Shown one piece after another: positions 39,076 to 51,923 of a stretch of 64,000 bases of DNA (position 1 is its first letter; each line of letters starts with the position of its first letter). Position numbers and translations under genes: made by a program. The notes beneath the pieces were generated by a model, which was not told the origin of the DNA, did no database searches, and saw only the letters and a list, made by a program, of their open reading frames with translations. The stretch comes from Lytechinus variegatus (lineage: Eukaryota). The stretch is taken from assembly GCF_018143015.1 (NCBI RefSeq), contig NC_054741.1, forward strand, positions 72,036,687 through 72,100,686, in the 5' to 3' direction.

Positions 39076-39733
39076 CTTGGAAGATGTCAGCAAAGTACTC
39101 AAGATCACTGTCATTCAACCATTGCAGAATCTCTGCTTCTGACCAATCCTCAAGAGGCTTGCATGGATGAGTGCTCCTGTTTGCACTCTTTGACACATTG
39201 TTTGATTCTCCAGTAACATCAAAGTCCGCATCCACCCCTTCAGCTGAGGGTGAAGTGAGTCTGGATGCATTGGACAATTCAGAAGCAGAGGATCCAGGTC
39301 GACCAACCTGCTTCAGAATGCCATACCCAGGAGGTGGAGTGTAAGTAGCACGCAAAGATGGATGATCAGAGTTACTTGTCTTTGGCGTCAGGCGACTGTG
39401 GTCTGGAGGCACACGCAAAGAGTATTCTGGTGGTGGCAAAGATTGCACAAACTGGGAGGTGATCTGGCTGGAGTTGTTGCTGGGGGACGGCGAAGCTGAG
39501 CCATTGGAGATGAACGAGGTGGGGGTGTTTGTGAGGTGGGCTCGGTCAGTGACAGAGTGTGGAGAGTTGCTCCCTGATGTCTGGCTACCGCTGAGGATAT
39601 CAGTTTTACCATGCTTATTGGCCTTCTTGGCCTTGGGCGAACCTTTGAGGAGGTTGTTCAGAGATGATGAAAAACCTCCTGAAGGTGAGGAAGTGTTCTT
39701 GTTTTCCTTCTTTTTTTTCTTCCAGCCAAACAT
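39076..39733 (-). CDS. First coding exon of a tandem SAM-domain protein. It contains MFGWKKKKKENKN, a Ser-rich region, two PPxY motifs (PPPEY, PPPGY) and the start of SAM domain 1 (WSEAEILQWLNDSDLEYFADIFQ). The probable 5'UTR is spliced from 39752.
   Basis: ORF-track entry 38966-39766 starts at a TTG; the first ATG is MFGW at 39733, with an in-frame TGA upstream. An acceptor ttcttccag lies at 39752 and the donor is CAAG|GTATGT. The SAM signature W..E.L.WL..L.L..Y...F is present. Confidence 0.7.
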
Positions 39734-39959
39734 GATGGATTGTTGTTGATTACTGGAAGAATCCAATCACAGGGTAATGCAGATGACAGGGTTTCTCACA
39801 TGGTTTAATGCAGCTGCGATAATACTACCATCATACATGTATGTACATGTTCCTGGAAATGGCAATAAAAAATTAATTAATTAGTAGTACTCTTAAATTA
39901 ATAGCAACATTTATACAGTAATTACATAAACATTAGGCCTACAAAGATTGTCAGTGGAA

Positions 39960-39979
39960 TAGCAACATGAAAGAGGATG

Positions 39980-40015
<36 letters not shown>

Positions 40016-40260
40016 GGGGTGGAAAGGGTAAGATAAAATAACACTATGTAGCACAATGGGAGTGAAAGAACGGGGAAAATGGAGAGAGCTATGTACATGT
40101 ACTGTACAAAGATAAAGAGACAGAGAGTGGAGGATAGAGAGCAGTCTATTAAAGAATGATGAAGGAAGGGAGTGATACAGAGAGAGTGGGCATACAGCTT
40201 GTGAAGGAGAGGGGGAAGGAAACTGAAAAGTGAATGAAAAGGTGAGGGACAGTGAATATA
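39960..40260. repeat. Purine-rich low-complexity block including a (GA)n microsatellite at about 39963-40010. It lies just upstream of the first exon of the SAM gene.
   Basis: Read directly. It generates the spurious minus-strand ORF 39922-40398. Confidence 0.7.
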
Positions 40261-40918
40261 TAGCAGTTGATGTGTAATTATGTCATGAATAGAAATGCAG
40301 GAAATGATACTACAAATTTGGCTATCCATGTGCTTTTTAGTCAAGATTGTCAAATATTTGGAAGTTGGTACACAACACACTCTACATGTACATGCCAAAA
40401 ATATTTTTCATAATACTGTAAGTGAACTGGCAACTCTATGGCACTCTCCCAAACTTCTGCTTCTTTATTTTTCATTTTACTGTTAAATGTTCTTTTATCT
40501 CACAAATTGGAGCACAAAATATGTTTTGATTAAAGTTTTACCTAATCCAAATCTATCAACCACATGAAATATAAATAATGACATAAAGATCATGGCCATA
40601 AATTCATGCATATTTCGCATGAAATTTTATTTAATCACAGCAAGATATATGAATGTCTATGTTCCAGTTTATTTTGACATCATGGGAATGTTTTTTAAAT
40701 TAGATTTTAAAAGCATATGCACAGTGGGGTGCAGAGCCGATGACCAAAGACGTAATGTGACATCACATAAATTTGCGGATTTTCAGAGCGGAATTTTCAC
40801 GCTCATGGAAGAGACTATTTTGGGGCATTTCAATTGAGGATATCAAGAGAAGCCAGAAGATTTTTGTGTTTTTTAAATATTTTTATGAGCAGGTTATAAA
40901 AGATGTTGTCTTTGCCTA

Positions 40919-41678
40919 GATACCAGGGGCGGTATTCTGAACATTGTCTTTTCTCCATATTTTATCTTTTCTCAGAGATATGACAAAATTGGTATTCTGG
41001 TGGAGGTCATAAATTTTGTCACAAAAAATGTCATAAATTTTGTCATATCTCTTTGGTGCGCACCAAAAATATGCGGCTTTAGATGCGCGTAATCCTTTTA
41101 TACAAGCAAAAGATATGACAAAAGTTATGACAGGGGGGTAGCAGTCATAAATTTTGTCATATCTTTTATTACCAAATATCCCGATACCCTGCCGACTGAA
41201 TGTCAAGCATACATGTATAATGATATTATTTAGATTAGATTGTGGTATTAGTTCATCCATGACAATTTTCAAAATTATTTTTTCATGCTACAATTAGTTA
41301 GGCCATACATAATAATTCCTTCTGTTTTTCTGTTTTCCTTCTTTTTCTACTTCTCCTCTACATCCTTCACAGCTCCCTGTCTCTCTTTGTAATTAAGCGC
41401 ATCAATATTTGTGTAGTTGCGCAGTGCCAGCAACTGTATTTGGGATACGCCCTACCTGACACGGGGCCTTCCTATTGGCTAGAAGGGCTCCCACTGGGAA
41501 CTAACGATGATTTTGATTGGATTGCTTCCGAAAAGATGGGCGGGAACTTTAAGAGATATGACAGGGAAAAGACAATGTTCAGAATAGTGATTTGTGACAA
41601 TCATAGCGGTGTCACATCTCGGAGAGAAATGACAAAATGTATGACAAAAGTTATGACAGAGTTCTAGAATACCACCCC
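40919..41678. mobile_element. MITE family 3, copy 1. Termini ataccaggggcggtattctgaac ... gttctagaataccacccc. The interior is made of ATGACAAAA / TCATAAATTTTGTCA palindromic sub-repeats.
   Basis: The terminal inverted similarity and more than 10 ATGACAAAA-type motifs were seen directly. ORF-track entry 40916-41272 is an artefact. Confidence 0.65.
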
Positions 41679-42551
41679 AGATTTATGGATATTTCATATT
41701 TCCTTCCTATATTAAACCAAACTTTAGAGAAAAAGCAAAAGACTGTAGTGTAAAGACTGTTACACTACAGTGTAACAGTCTTTTAAATTAAAATTAAAAG
41801 ACTGTTAAATTAAAATCTTTTTCCCACTTATGAATTATGTTTGAAAAAAAAAAGAAATTCATTATCACACTTAAGTTAAGAAAAAAAAATGCCATACAAA
41901 CAAGACATACCCTTTCTTTGACATATTTTTTAAAAATTTGATTTACCCTAAAGCCTTGCAAAATCATACTTTTCATTGGAAAAAAGATACAGAGCTTTAC
42001 ATGTAGATACTATTGATTTTACAAGTCTTAAAATGTCTTCAACTTCTTTTAGCATGTGCTGTACAAAAATTTGTGGGGGAAAAGAAATAAAGAAATTTAG
42101 AGCTATTTAGAAATACATGTAGATCTAAATATTGTAGCCTATCTCTTGCAAAGAATAGCAAGTGTTGTACAATGTAGATCCAATTTCTTCTTCTCTTCCT
42201 CCCCCTCCTCCTTATTCTTCTTCAACTTCTACTTTAGAAATAGATTCTACAGTACTTCAGTAGAATCTTTCTACAATGTAATAATCTGCTATTGTTGGAT
42301 CCCAACGACTAATAGTTTTATGGTAAGGGGTCCTAAGGCTGAATGAAGCTATGGACCACTAAATCCATTGTCTCTAAAATCAAAAGCTACATAAAAAATT
42401 GTTTAAACAATAGAATTGGAATTGATGAAACAATCAAATACATCAGAAAAAAAGCACACTTGTATTTTTATTTTGTCATACAAAGTACAAAAGGAATAAT
42501 TTTCATACGTAAAAAAGACCCCCGTACATACATGTACATGTATACAATACT

Positions 42552-43144
42552 TAAAGGGGAATGAAACCTTTGGAACAAATAGGTTTGTGTAGAAACAGAA
42601 AAATCAAAGAATAAGAATAAAGAAAGTTTGAGAAAAATCGGACAATAAATGAGAAAGTTATGAGCATTTAAATATTGCAATCACTAATGCTATGGAGATC
42701 CTCACATTGGCAATGCGACAAGGATGTGTGATGTCACTGATGAACAACTTTCCTTTTGGTGGACTATAAAATACCCTCAAAATGTCTCTTTTTGCTTTTT
42801 CTTATGATGATACAAACTCTTTATCCATGATGTATTTTAAAAAAATATGTATTACATGCCCTCATGTAGAAAGAACACATGATCTATGGATAGATGTGAT
42901 AAAAGAGGCAATTCAAGTGAAATATATACTAAAGTAATGGGGAGAGTTGTTCATCAGTGACATCACACATCCTTGTCGCATTGCCAATGGGAGGATCTCC
43001 ATAGCATTAGTGATTGCAATATTTAAATGCTCATAACTTTCTCATTTATTGTCTGATTTTTCTCAAACTTTTGTTGATCTGTTTCTTTGATTTTTCTGTT
43101 TTCACACAAGCTATCTTGTTCCAATGGTTTCATTCTCCTTTAAG
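42552..43144. mobile_element. Foldback MITE family 2, copy 2
   Basis: Near-identical to the 8.3-kb copy over its whole length. ORF-track entry 42468-42680 is an artefact. Confidence 0.75.
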
Positions 43145-45242
43145 TTGAAAAAGAGCATGTAATTTATATCAGAAAAACAAAGAAATACATTAGAAAATCG
43201 TTCTGTACTCCATTGACTTCACATTATAAGACAATGACCACAATATGCGCGACTTAAACTGGAATAACTTAATAATTTCTAGATGAAAATTAGAGTTCTT
43301 GGTATCATTTGAAAGGTCTTTTTAAGAGCTTTCAAATGATACCAAATTTATTCATATTTGATGAATCTCATTTTTTTGTCACACATACCTACTTTAAGTT
43401 TAAGAGTAAGCAAATCAGTTCAAATATTCAAATTGTTACTTATTGCACTCATTCAATACGGACACTTGCGTCGCGTAACATTGGGGAAGAACAATATGAA
43501 ACAAGATGGCGGCGTAAACATCGGGCAAGTTTCTTCCTTCTTTGCAAGATATTTGTTCTTATTTTTTGATGAATTCTTGTTTAAAAATAAAATCCATAGC
43601 GTAGAAATGTCAGAAATGAAGTTGTACCCCATGTACATGATTTAGGGCTAGATCTTTTAGAAAGAAAGTAGAAATCTCGGGGGCAAAAGTTTCAGGTTTT
43701 TTGGTGGTATGAATAGAAAGGAACTTAGAAGGAAGACCTGGCTTCGTTGAGTAACCTTACGTTAGTAAATGATTTTTACTCTCCAGAAGCCTCCTGGCTA
43801 GATAAACCAAGGAAGTGAAGACTGAAGTTAATCACTGTTTTTGTCCTTTAAAGTTTAAGTTTATTTTTCCCGTTTTGGTGCATTTCAGGCCAAAACAAAA
43901 GTCCAGTTCTTTTCAGATTTTTATGAAATAAATATTTTAAAGCAAAAATCGATGAGCCCCGTCTGGGGAATTTGCTTTGTTAAAACTTAATCCCCTAATG
44001 GTGGCTGCACGATCGCGAGCCGTATGACTTCGAGGAGAAAAAAAAATGTAAAAAAAAAAATCCTCGAAACAGACAGAAAACACTGCTACCACCCTGCCTG
44101 TGGGGAATCTAGAGGTAGGACTATGGTATGCCAATGTTGTACAGAGCACACACTTTAAAAAATCATTAAAATATCACTTTTGTGACCAAAATTACTAATT
44201 TCCATACAGTTGCAATTTATTTTTCATTAGTAACTTGGGAATAATTTTGTATTCACCAGAGCGCTCAAAAACTTGAATTTTGGGCATATTTTTGGGTACG
44301 CCCTCTATTGGTGGAAAGTAATATGGCAAGAAAATTTTCATTTTTTAATCTCTATTTTTAATTAAGAAAAAAATGATTTAAAGAATCAAATTTAAATAAG
44401 AGCCAAGTTATATGAATAATAGGTGTAATGGAAACTGTCAGTGTAAAAAAATCAAGCATTTTCCCCAAAGAAAAAGAGAAAATAAGCCAAACATTGCCAC
44501 CCTTATTTTGCCACACATGGAGATATAACTGAGAACAAGGTTATATTATAACCTTGTTCATTGAATGAGTGCGGCTGCCAGCTGTCTACCCCAATCACAT
44601 GTAACACAGAAACATAAGACTCGGACTACACACGAGAGGACATTAAATCAAGTCTAGTTTTTATCACACGAAAACCACACTAAATATCAAGAATTAATCT
44701 TTAAAGGGTATTACCTGTAAGCAGTCACTCCAGAACTTAAGTTTTGCTTGTGATTTACAGGATAAAATCCGTATCATATACAGATTCACATGAAAATTCA
44801 CGTAGATATATTGTTCCCTAGCATCCGTAAACAACGGCGTCGTCACTTATTTTGAAAATCTTATGAACGCGTACGTTCACACTCGTATACGTACGGCTAC
44901 ATAACTGTATACTGCATGCACTGTCATTGCCTATTTTGGAGGACAGGCAGAGTACTGTGTACAAGATACTTTTTATATGGCCTCCTTTTTGTGTGTGTGG
45001 GGGCGGGGCTAGGGAATATGTTTTTTTTAATGACTTTTTATTGTGCAGAATCGTTTTGCTGACTATACATCGATTCCCTATAAACCCACACCTGGGAACC
45101 TAAATCGGAGGTAGGTGCCCGGGGGCCGGGGGGGGGGGCATATTCCGCAAAATTTTGACATGCAGTTTACCTACCTTTTTCAACTGAACTCAAATTCAAA
45201 TGAAATACTTATATTTCCAAGATACCCGGGTGGGGGGGGGGT

Positions 45243-45765
45243 GGCCACTTCCATTCACGAGTGGATACCATGCGCGACCATGGGGTCTCGATCGAAAAGC
45301 ACCCTAAACACGTAATTTCCATCTGAAAATGCACCCCTTAATAAGTCTGAAACCCTACCCTTAACAAGAATTGGAAACAAAACGATACTTAAGCTTGGCA
45401 AATATTCCCTGAAATGAACCCCTAAACAAGTACAGGAATGTTTTATTGTTACGGGTCCTTCGGTCGTCTGCTTTACCTTATTTGGTTTAGTACGACCCCA
45501 CCTTCTACACCTCGCGCAAATCGGACTCTAAACACGAAGTGTTGGGGCAAAAAGGACATCCTTTATAAAACATTTTAATTAATTCGACCCTAAACACGGA
45601 ATGTTCCTAGCGAAATAGATACCCTTTTTTCATTATTCTTGTGTTTTTGACACCCTTATCACGTTACGTACGTAACGTGCCCTATCGTGAAAAAGACATC
45701 CTTTTTACGTGTTTTTTTGGTCGCGCATGGTATCCACTCGTCAATGTAAGTGGCCCCTCTGGGCC
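45243..45765 (-). mobile_element. MITE family 1, copy 1 (~525 bp, inverted orientation). TIR ggccacttccattcacgagtggataccatgcgcgacca; it carries an internal 20-bp perfect palindrome cacgttacgtacgtaacgtg.
   Basis: Terminal inverted repeats are visible. It is co-linear with the copies at 48.8 kb and 58.3 kb and is flanked by poly-G runs. Confidence 0.8.
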
Positions 45766-48093
45766 AAGATATAAGGATGGAAGTAGGCCAATGGTCTAAA
45801 GAAAGCCGATAAGAATGATAAACGTATGCATGTGGCAATTTTACCCTGTCCAATGAACAAAAATCGAAGAATGATTAAAAACACAGATAAACTAAACGAA
45901 AGAACCCAGATATAACCACTAAACCTAATTATTGATCAGTAACTATTTCCGAACTTTCTTTCCTTGAACTTTGAAAAACCTATATACAGGCCTATAAAAA
46001 ACCGTTTCAAACCCAAGCTTGTCCATGAGACTAGCCTCTCATGTGGGTGTGGTTTAGATGATAATTTTAGAAGGTCTACACCAGCTAGGGAAATGTCACA
46101 TCAGAGGAGGATCAATTATCATAGGGAGGGGCGTGGCGGGGCCGGGGGGGGATCAACCACATTTCATCCGATCGGCTGATTGAATAATATTTGAATTCTA
46201 TGTTATAAAAATTATGTGAGCTATCTGAAAGACAACCCTATAGGCCTATACTCGCGTGGCAAGATAAAGCATATCGAAAGCAAGAGGAAATGAGTTGAGT
46301 ATATATGCAAAATGAAATTATACGATATGGATTGACAAACAGTCAATTCAGTCCTGACAGTGAACATTCAAAAAAGGCAATTTAGGCCTTTACAAACCGT
46401 TTCAGATAGAATCAATCGACACTCAGTCTCCGAAAGTCATGTACAAGTATAATACCCTTTCTCTCATTACTGCGGATGTCATGATATTTATCATATATGA
46501 ATTATATAAAAATATAAGACCATGCATGAGATGGCGCTCGGACAAAAATGACTCTGCGGGGAGTAAGAGTTTTCTCAAACCTGAATGTCAGTGAGCCAAT
46601 CGCCTCTATAGGCCTCAATCTCTTTTTGCCATCGGTTGTTTTTACGAATAATCTAAAGGTAACCTCCAGATAGAGGGATGAGAAGAGGGATGGGAAGGCT
46701 CCGGGGCGGAGGGGGGGGGAGGGGTCACTCTCAGGGGCGGATCCAGAATTTTCCAAAGGGGGGCAAATTTTTCGGAGGAAAATTTTGAAAAGCAAAAAAA
46801 TAAATAAAATTAAAAATTAAACAACATATCAAGGATAATTTGTACCGAAAAAAAAGGAAAAAAAAGAAAAAAAATATTTTCAACCACAAATAAAGGATAT
46901 TAAAAAAAACAGGTTTCAATCACAAATTAAGGATACTTCATACCGAAAAAAGGCCTTCAATTTCAAAAGAGCAGTTTTGATGGCATTTTAACATTACAAA
47001 TTTTAATTTTGCTTCTCAAAGGGGGGGGGGGGGGGAACGTGTCAGCTGTGTCCCCCCTGGATCTGCTAGTGGTTACTCTCTTTATGCGGCCTGCTCAGAA
47101 CTGAGGGTAAAAATATCCATTGGCGGATCTTCTTGAGGTGCATAAAAACTGGGGGAAACAAAAAAGAACGAAGGAAGGAAGGAAGAACTTATATAAAGAA
47201 AGATAGATTGATAGAAAGAAAGAAAGAAATATAGAAAGAAAGAAAATATCCCCATTAACATAAATACAAGAAAAAAAATATCCCCATTCCCCCATGATCG
47301 ACACCCATATATTCACTGTCATTTTTAATGTCGGTACCGATAAAGAATATGGGTTTATGACCCGGAAGGAAGGCCTACAATGAAAATAAATAAATAAATA
47401 AAATCCGCCCTATTTCTAGAACAGGGCGGTGCTACAGGTGGGGGCAGGAGTGCAACTTTTTTTTCAAGTACGTGAAAAAGGGGAAAACAAAATACTGAAG
47501 AGAAGTAGAGAGGTATTGGTCGTGTAACTCTTTATTACCCCTGTAATTTAATTGAGATAAATAAAGATCGTCTTCCCCCCCCCCCGTCAATAGGGTGGTG
47601 CCGCCGCCCCTGTTCTATTTAGCTTCAAAGTTCCCTTCTCATTCTCTATCCTTCAAAATAAATACAATAACGTCAACAAAGGGACTCGTGATCCCTCTCT
47701 CAATTATTATTTTTCTATTTCATTTTCACTTTTTCTTACTACCCTGAGCTGAGAAAAAACATTAGATTCATGCCCCGTGCACCCCACCCACTGACCTGCA
47801 TGCCCCCATGCCCACATCATGCACTTCTAGAGCGCTAGCGCGCGTGGAGCTTTTGCAGATCGTTACCATAGCTTTGTGACCTTTGACCCAAACAATAGTT
47901 TTTCACCGGTACCCCGTTTCTCTCCGAACGAAAGCAAGGCTTGAAGGAATAAGACGATTGTAATTGTTTACTACTTCATCATTTCACTCTATAAATCTAT
48001 GATTCTAAACTGATACTGTCTATGACATTTACAGTTTTGGTGAAAATCGGATGAAATTCCTCTGTCGGTGTATTAATTTGAACTTTTGAAGCA

Positions 48094-48100
48094 TATATAA
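48094..48100 (+). promoter_or_regulatory. TATA box (tatataa) about 120 bp upstream of the MORN3 ATG; the CpG-rich segment 47800-47950 lies further upstream
   Basis: The motif is seen in sequence at the expected distance from the first coding exon. Confidence 0.4.
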
Positions 48101-48219
48101 GAGACACTAAAAAATTCAGCTGCTTTTATCGGATTGCTGAACATCTTACCAGCCGAGCCCGCTGGCGTGGGTATCGTACAGTAAACCCTGTAGATCTAGC
48201 TGAACTCAACCAGGGAAAG

Positions 48220-48364
48220 ATGCCGTATCAGAAAGTACCAAAGAAAACGCAACCTCTGTGGCATGATTGGGACTATAAGGCACAGAAAAAAGGTGTCCGG
48301 AGTACAGTGTATTCTGTAAATGGAGATGAATATACAGGAGAATGGCTTGACAACAAAAAACATG
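48220..48364 (+). CDS. MORN3: MORN repeat-containing protein 3, exon 1 (MPYQKVPKKTQPLWHDWDYKAQKKGVRSTVYSVNGDEYTGEWLDNKKHG); donor GTGAGA
   Basis: Close residue-level match to the vertebrate MORN3 N-terminus (MPVSKCPKK..LWKGWDRKAQ..GLRS.VY.VNGD.Y.GEW.DN.KHG). The ATG agrees with the ORF track. Donor gt follows HG in phase 1. Confidence 0.88.
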
Positions 48365-48784
48365 GTGAGACAATAAAACTTTTAAAGGGAAAAATAATAG
48401 GTAGACCAAAACTATTATTAAGAGTAAAAAAAGTCAAAGGTTTTATGATTCTAGTACAAGTTGTAGTAAAAAAATTAGTAATGTTGGGGGGGGGGGGGGG
48501 CTACATGTAGATTGGACAAATGTGATACTGATAGGCTCAGGATTGATTGTTTGCTCACAACTTCAGTTATGATCAACTTGTAAATTGCAAAGAATTTAAA
48601 AACGAACAAAACCAAGTCTTATGTTACTGTTACAGATTTTTTTTCCAAATAGTACGGTAATTGATCTTCTGTGCTGCACTTGTTATTTCATTTTCAGACT
48701 ACCCTTTTAAAATTAAATGATATATACTTGTAAAGTTGTATTTCTCGTATTAAATGGCAGAGTGAATTATACCAAAGCCTGGGG

Positions 48785-49341
48785 GGCCATTGACGAGTGG
48801 ATACCATGCGCGACCATAAAAACATGTAAAAACGATGTCTTTTTTTTCAAGATAGGGCATGTTACGTATGTAACGTGATAAGGGTGTCAAAAACACAGAA
48901 ATAATAAAAAAAAAGGGTATCTATTTTGCTAGGAAAGCTACGTGTTTAGGGTCAAATTTACGGGGATGATGAAACAAAATGAAAAAATGTTTTGTAAAGG
49001 ATGTCCATTTTGCCCCAACACTACGTGTTTAGAGCCTGTTTAAATTCTGATTTGTACGAGCTGTGGAAGGTGGGGGCGTACTAAACCAAATGATGTGTAA
49101 AGATAAAACCGACGACCAACGGACCTGTGACATAATAAAATATCGCAGTACTTGTTTAAGGGTTCATTTCAGAGAATATTTGCCAAGAGTATCGTTTTGT
49201 TTCCAATACTTGTTAAAGGGTAGGGTTTCACATGCAATACTTGTTAAGGGGTCCATTTTCATAATATGGAAAATATGTGTTTAGGGTGCTTTTCGAGACC
49301 CCATGGTCGCGCATGGTATCCACTCGTCAATGGAAGTGGCC
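48785..49341 (+). mobile_element. MITE family 1, copy 2, in MORN3 intron 1 (left TIR slightly truncated)
   Basis: The termini ccattgacgagtggataccatgcgcgaccat ... atggtcgcgcatggtatccactcgtcaatggaagtggcc are reverse complements of each other. ORF-track entry 49063-49284 is an artefact inside the element. Confidence 0.8.
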
Positions 49342-50365
49342 CCCCGGGTACCAAAGCCACTCCCATGGCAGTATTAAATGCCCTGTTAACTGACTTCAAT
49401 GGCAATTCCCAGCCCCAGGTGATTGGCCTGAGAATACTGAGGACTAACCCCAAATTGTCACCCCAAATGCAATCAATAATAGCATCTTCTTTGGCTTGCT
49501 TCATCAAAAGCACCAATGCCAACTTCTAGCACCAGTAGCAAATAGTACCTAGCAGCTCATCAACCTTGTGACAAACACTGAGAGAATACCGGTACTGAGG
49601 AGTTCATTTGGGTGTGGAAACGACCCACAACGAATAACAACAACAAATGATTGGCCTAGTAAATTTTTGATGCCATTTTGAATTCCCCATCTTGTGCTGA
49701 CAAGAAACTTGCCCTCTGTTATATAATAGAAAAAGTGGCCTTGCCCTAAAACTGCCCTAATGCAATGGGAATGGAGCTTAGATGATGCTTCCATTATACA
49801 TTGTTCTTTTATGTTTTGGAGTAATCAGTATAGCACACCATACATGTACATGTATTAAAAGTCTTTTGTCAAATGAAATGCATAAATTCACAAGTATGGT
49901 TGGGAGCAGATTATAAAAATAATTTTTTTCTCTAGATTTCCCCCCAAGTCGTGCATTAAATAATTGCAAGTTGAAGTAGAACATGTGCTTTGTAACTGCC
50001 TGATAATTTTTTTATTAATGAAATATTGATCGCAAGTTCTCCAAATTACTGTCTTGTCCGCTTAAGCAACCTGTTTGGACATACAACAACTGGTATAAAA
50101 TAAATATTAGAGGAAATGTAATACTAGACTTCTTTTAATACAAAAAAGAACAACAAACATTGCCTATGCATGATTAAACCATGAGTATCTTCATGCTAAA
50201 GATCTCTGGTATTTGAAACATGGGAGAAATGTACAGTTCTTCAACCATCCTAACTTGGAGCTATTTATTTAATCCAAGACTAAAATGTGTGACAGATTAG
50301 TTCTCTTTTACCCCTGAAACCATACATCTGCATTTATTGTAATTAAATTGCTTCTTTCATTACAG

Positions 50366-50520
50366 GCAAAGGAACGTACAAGTGGAAGAAGTCAGGAGCT
50401 TTATATGATGGAGATTGGAAGTTTGGAAAGAGGAATGGGTTTGGAACATTAAGTACCCCCATGGAGGGAGGAGGCTACAAAAGAATCTACTCTGGTGGCT
50501 GGAAAAATGATAAACGACAT
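50366..50520 (+). CDS. MORN3: MORN3 exon 2 (KGTYKWKKSGALYDGDWKFGKRNGFGTLSTPMEGGGYKRIYSGGWKNDKRH)
   Basis: Acceptor ttacag and donor GTGAGT. MORN motifs Y-x-G-x-W are present. The exon aligns with the MORN3 stretch KGTQVWKKKGAIYEGDWKFGKRDGYGTLS. Phase is consistent with exon 1. Confidence 0.88.
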
Positions 50521-50897
50521 GTGAGTGCTCTAGGAACAGAAAACCATGAATGTTAACTAGATTCTTGAGTCAAATATTTCCTTGAATGTTTTTCTTATGA
50601 AATTCCTTTAAAACTTTAAGATTGAAAGACTGGAGAGGAAATTTAGGAATTGTGGCATATAGCTGAATAGATTATAGATGAGTGAGAGTTGATCCAAAAT
50701 GACACCTAGAGCTACATGTATTTCAACAGCTGCATATTAAAGATGAAATTGCAGAAGTTGGTTAAGTTACATGGAGTGAAACATTAATACCCAGAAATAT
50801 AGGAAAATTGTTTTTCTTATCTAAATCTTGGAAGATGAATGAAACTAATATCACAATCTAATCTAAATAATATGATTGAATGCTTGACATTTAGTCA

Positions 50898-51139
50898 GCA
50901 GGGAATCGGTACTAAAAGATATGACAAAATTTCACTACTGCTACAAGTGCTAGACCGTGTCATAAATTTTGTCATATCATTTGCTTGAATATTGTGATTA
51001 TGTGCAATTAAGAAACGCATATTTTTGGTGCACGCTAAAGAGAAGATTTTTATGACAAAAGTTATGACATCCACCAAATTAATGATTCTGTCTTATCTCT
51101 GAGAAAAGAGAAAATGATCAAAATACTGCCCCAGGGTAT
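50898..51139. mobile_element. MITE family 3, copy 2 (shorter), in MORN3 intron 2
   Basis: Shares its termini and the ATGACAAAA sub-repeats with the 41-kb copy. Confidence 0.6.
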
Positions 51140-51763
51140 GTTGGACTCTTTGAAATTTCTATCTTAAAAACATACTGTATAAAATTCTGGACAGTCATTG
51201 CTCCTTGCATCATGGTAATTAAGCAAACCATGCCTCTGAGAATTAATCATTATCCTACATCACAAGATCCTTCTCAACGCAAAAATTACATCTTGCAAAA
51301 CCAAGAAAGGAGTGTAAAATAAAACAGCTGTTCTCTTATACATCATCAAAAATTGTCAACATGTTATCTGTATGTATTAAATGCTCTGCCTCAATTCCTA
51401 TTTTAAAGCGAAATGTATGTAAAATCACAGTGAGCTTAATGTTCTACTGTATGTGTTTTATACACACAGTATATACCCCCTCTATTTTTCCTCTTTTTTG
51501 TATTGTGAATATTTGATGTTTGATTTGATTGTGTGCATGTATGTGATTGTATGATGTTTGAAATATGAATTGTTTTTATAACAAGGCTCCCTTGTAAAGC
51601 AGGCCTCTGGGGCTTGGAAAAGCTTTTTATGAGGAAAAGATTTATAACTGATAAAATTAAATCAACTTGTGTAAATATTTCTCAAAGGCAAAAATGAAAT
51701 GCAAAAAATCAAGTTTTACATGCAAACTTAATTTCTAATATTTCTTCTTCCAATTTTGTTCAG

Positions 51764-51923
51764 GGTTATGGAACAAATTTTTACTCAGCAGAAGAGTACT
51801 ATGAAGGAGAATGGTATGCTGATAAGCGCAGTGGGTGGGGTAGGATGTACTTTGCTGATGGAAGCACATATGAAGGAGAGTGGTACAATGATGAGAGGAA
51901 TGGACAGGGCATGCTCAGATTAG
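51764..51923 (+). CDS. MORN3: MORN3 exon 3 (GYGTNFYSAEEYYEGEWYADKRSGWGRMYFADGSTYEGEWYNDERNGQGMLRL)
   Basis: Acceptor ttgttcag and donor GTAGGT. It matches human GYGIQFFGPKEYYEGDW..SGWGRMYYSNGDIYEGQWENDKPNGEGMLRL. Confidence 0.88.

Noticed and set aside
39922-40398. 158-aa minus-strand ORF (LSLSLSLS...)
   Set aside because: It is a translation of the (GA)n / purine-rich low-complexity block, not coding.
40916-41272. 118-aa ORF with repeated RYDKIYD
   Set aside because: It is produced by the ATGACAAAA sub-repeat array of MITE family 3.
49063-49284. ORFs inside MITE family 1 copies (also 58454-58720)
   Set aside because: They lie entirely within non-autonomous TIR elements. Their peptides are similar only because the elements are copies of each other.
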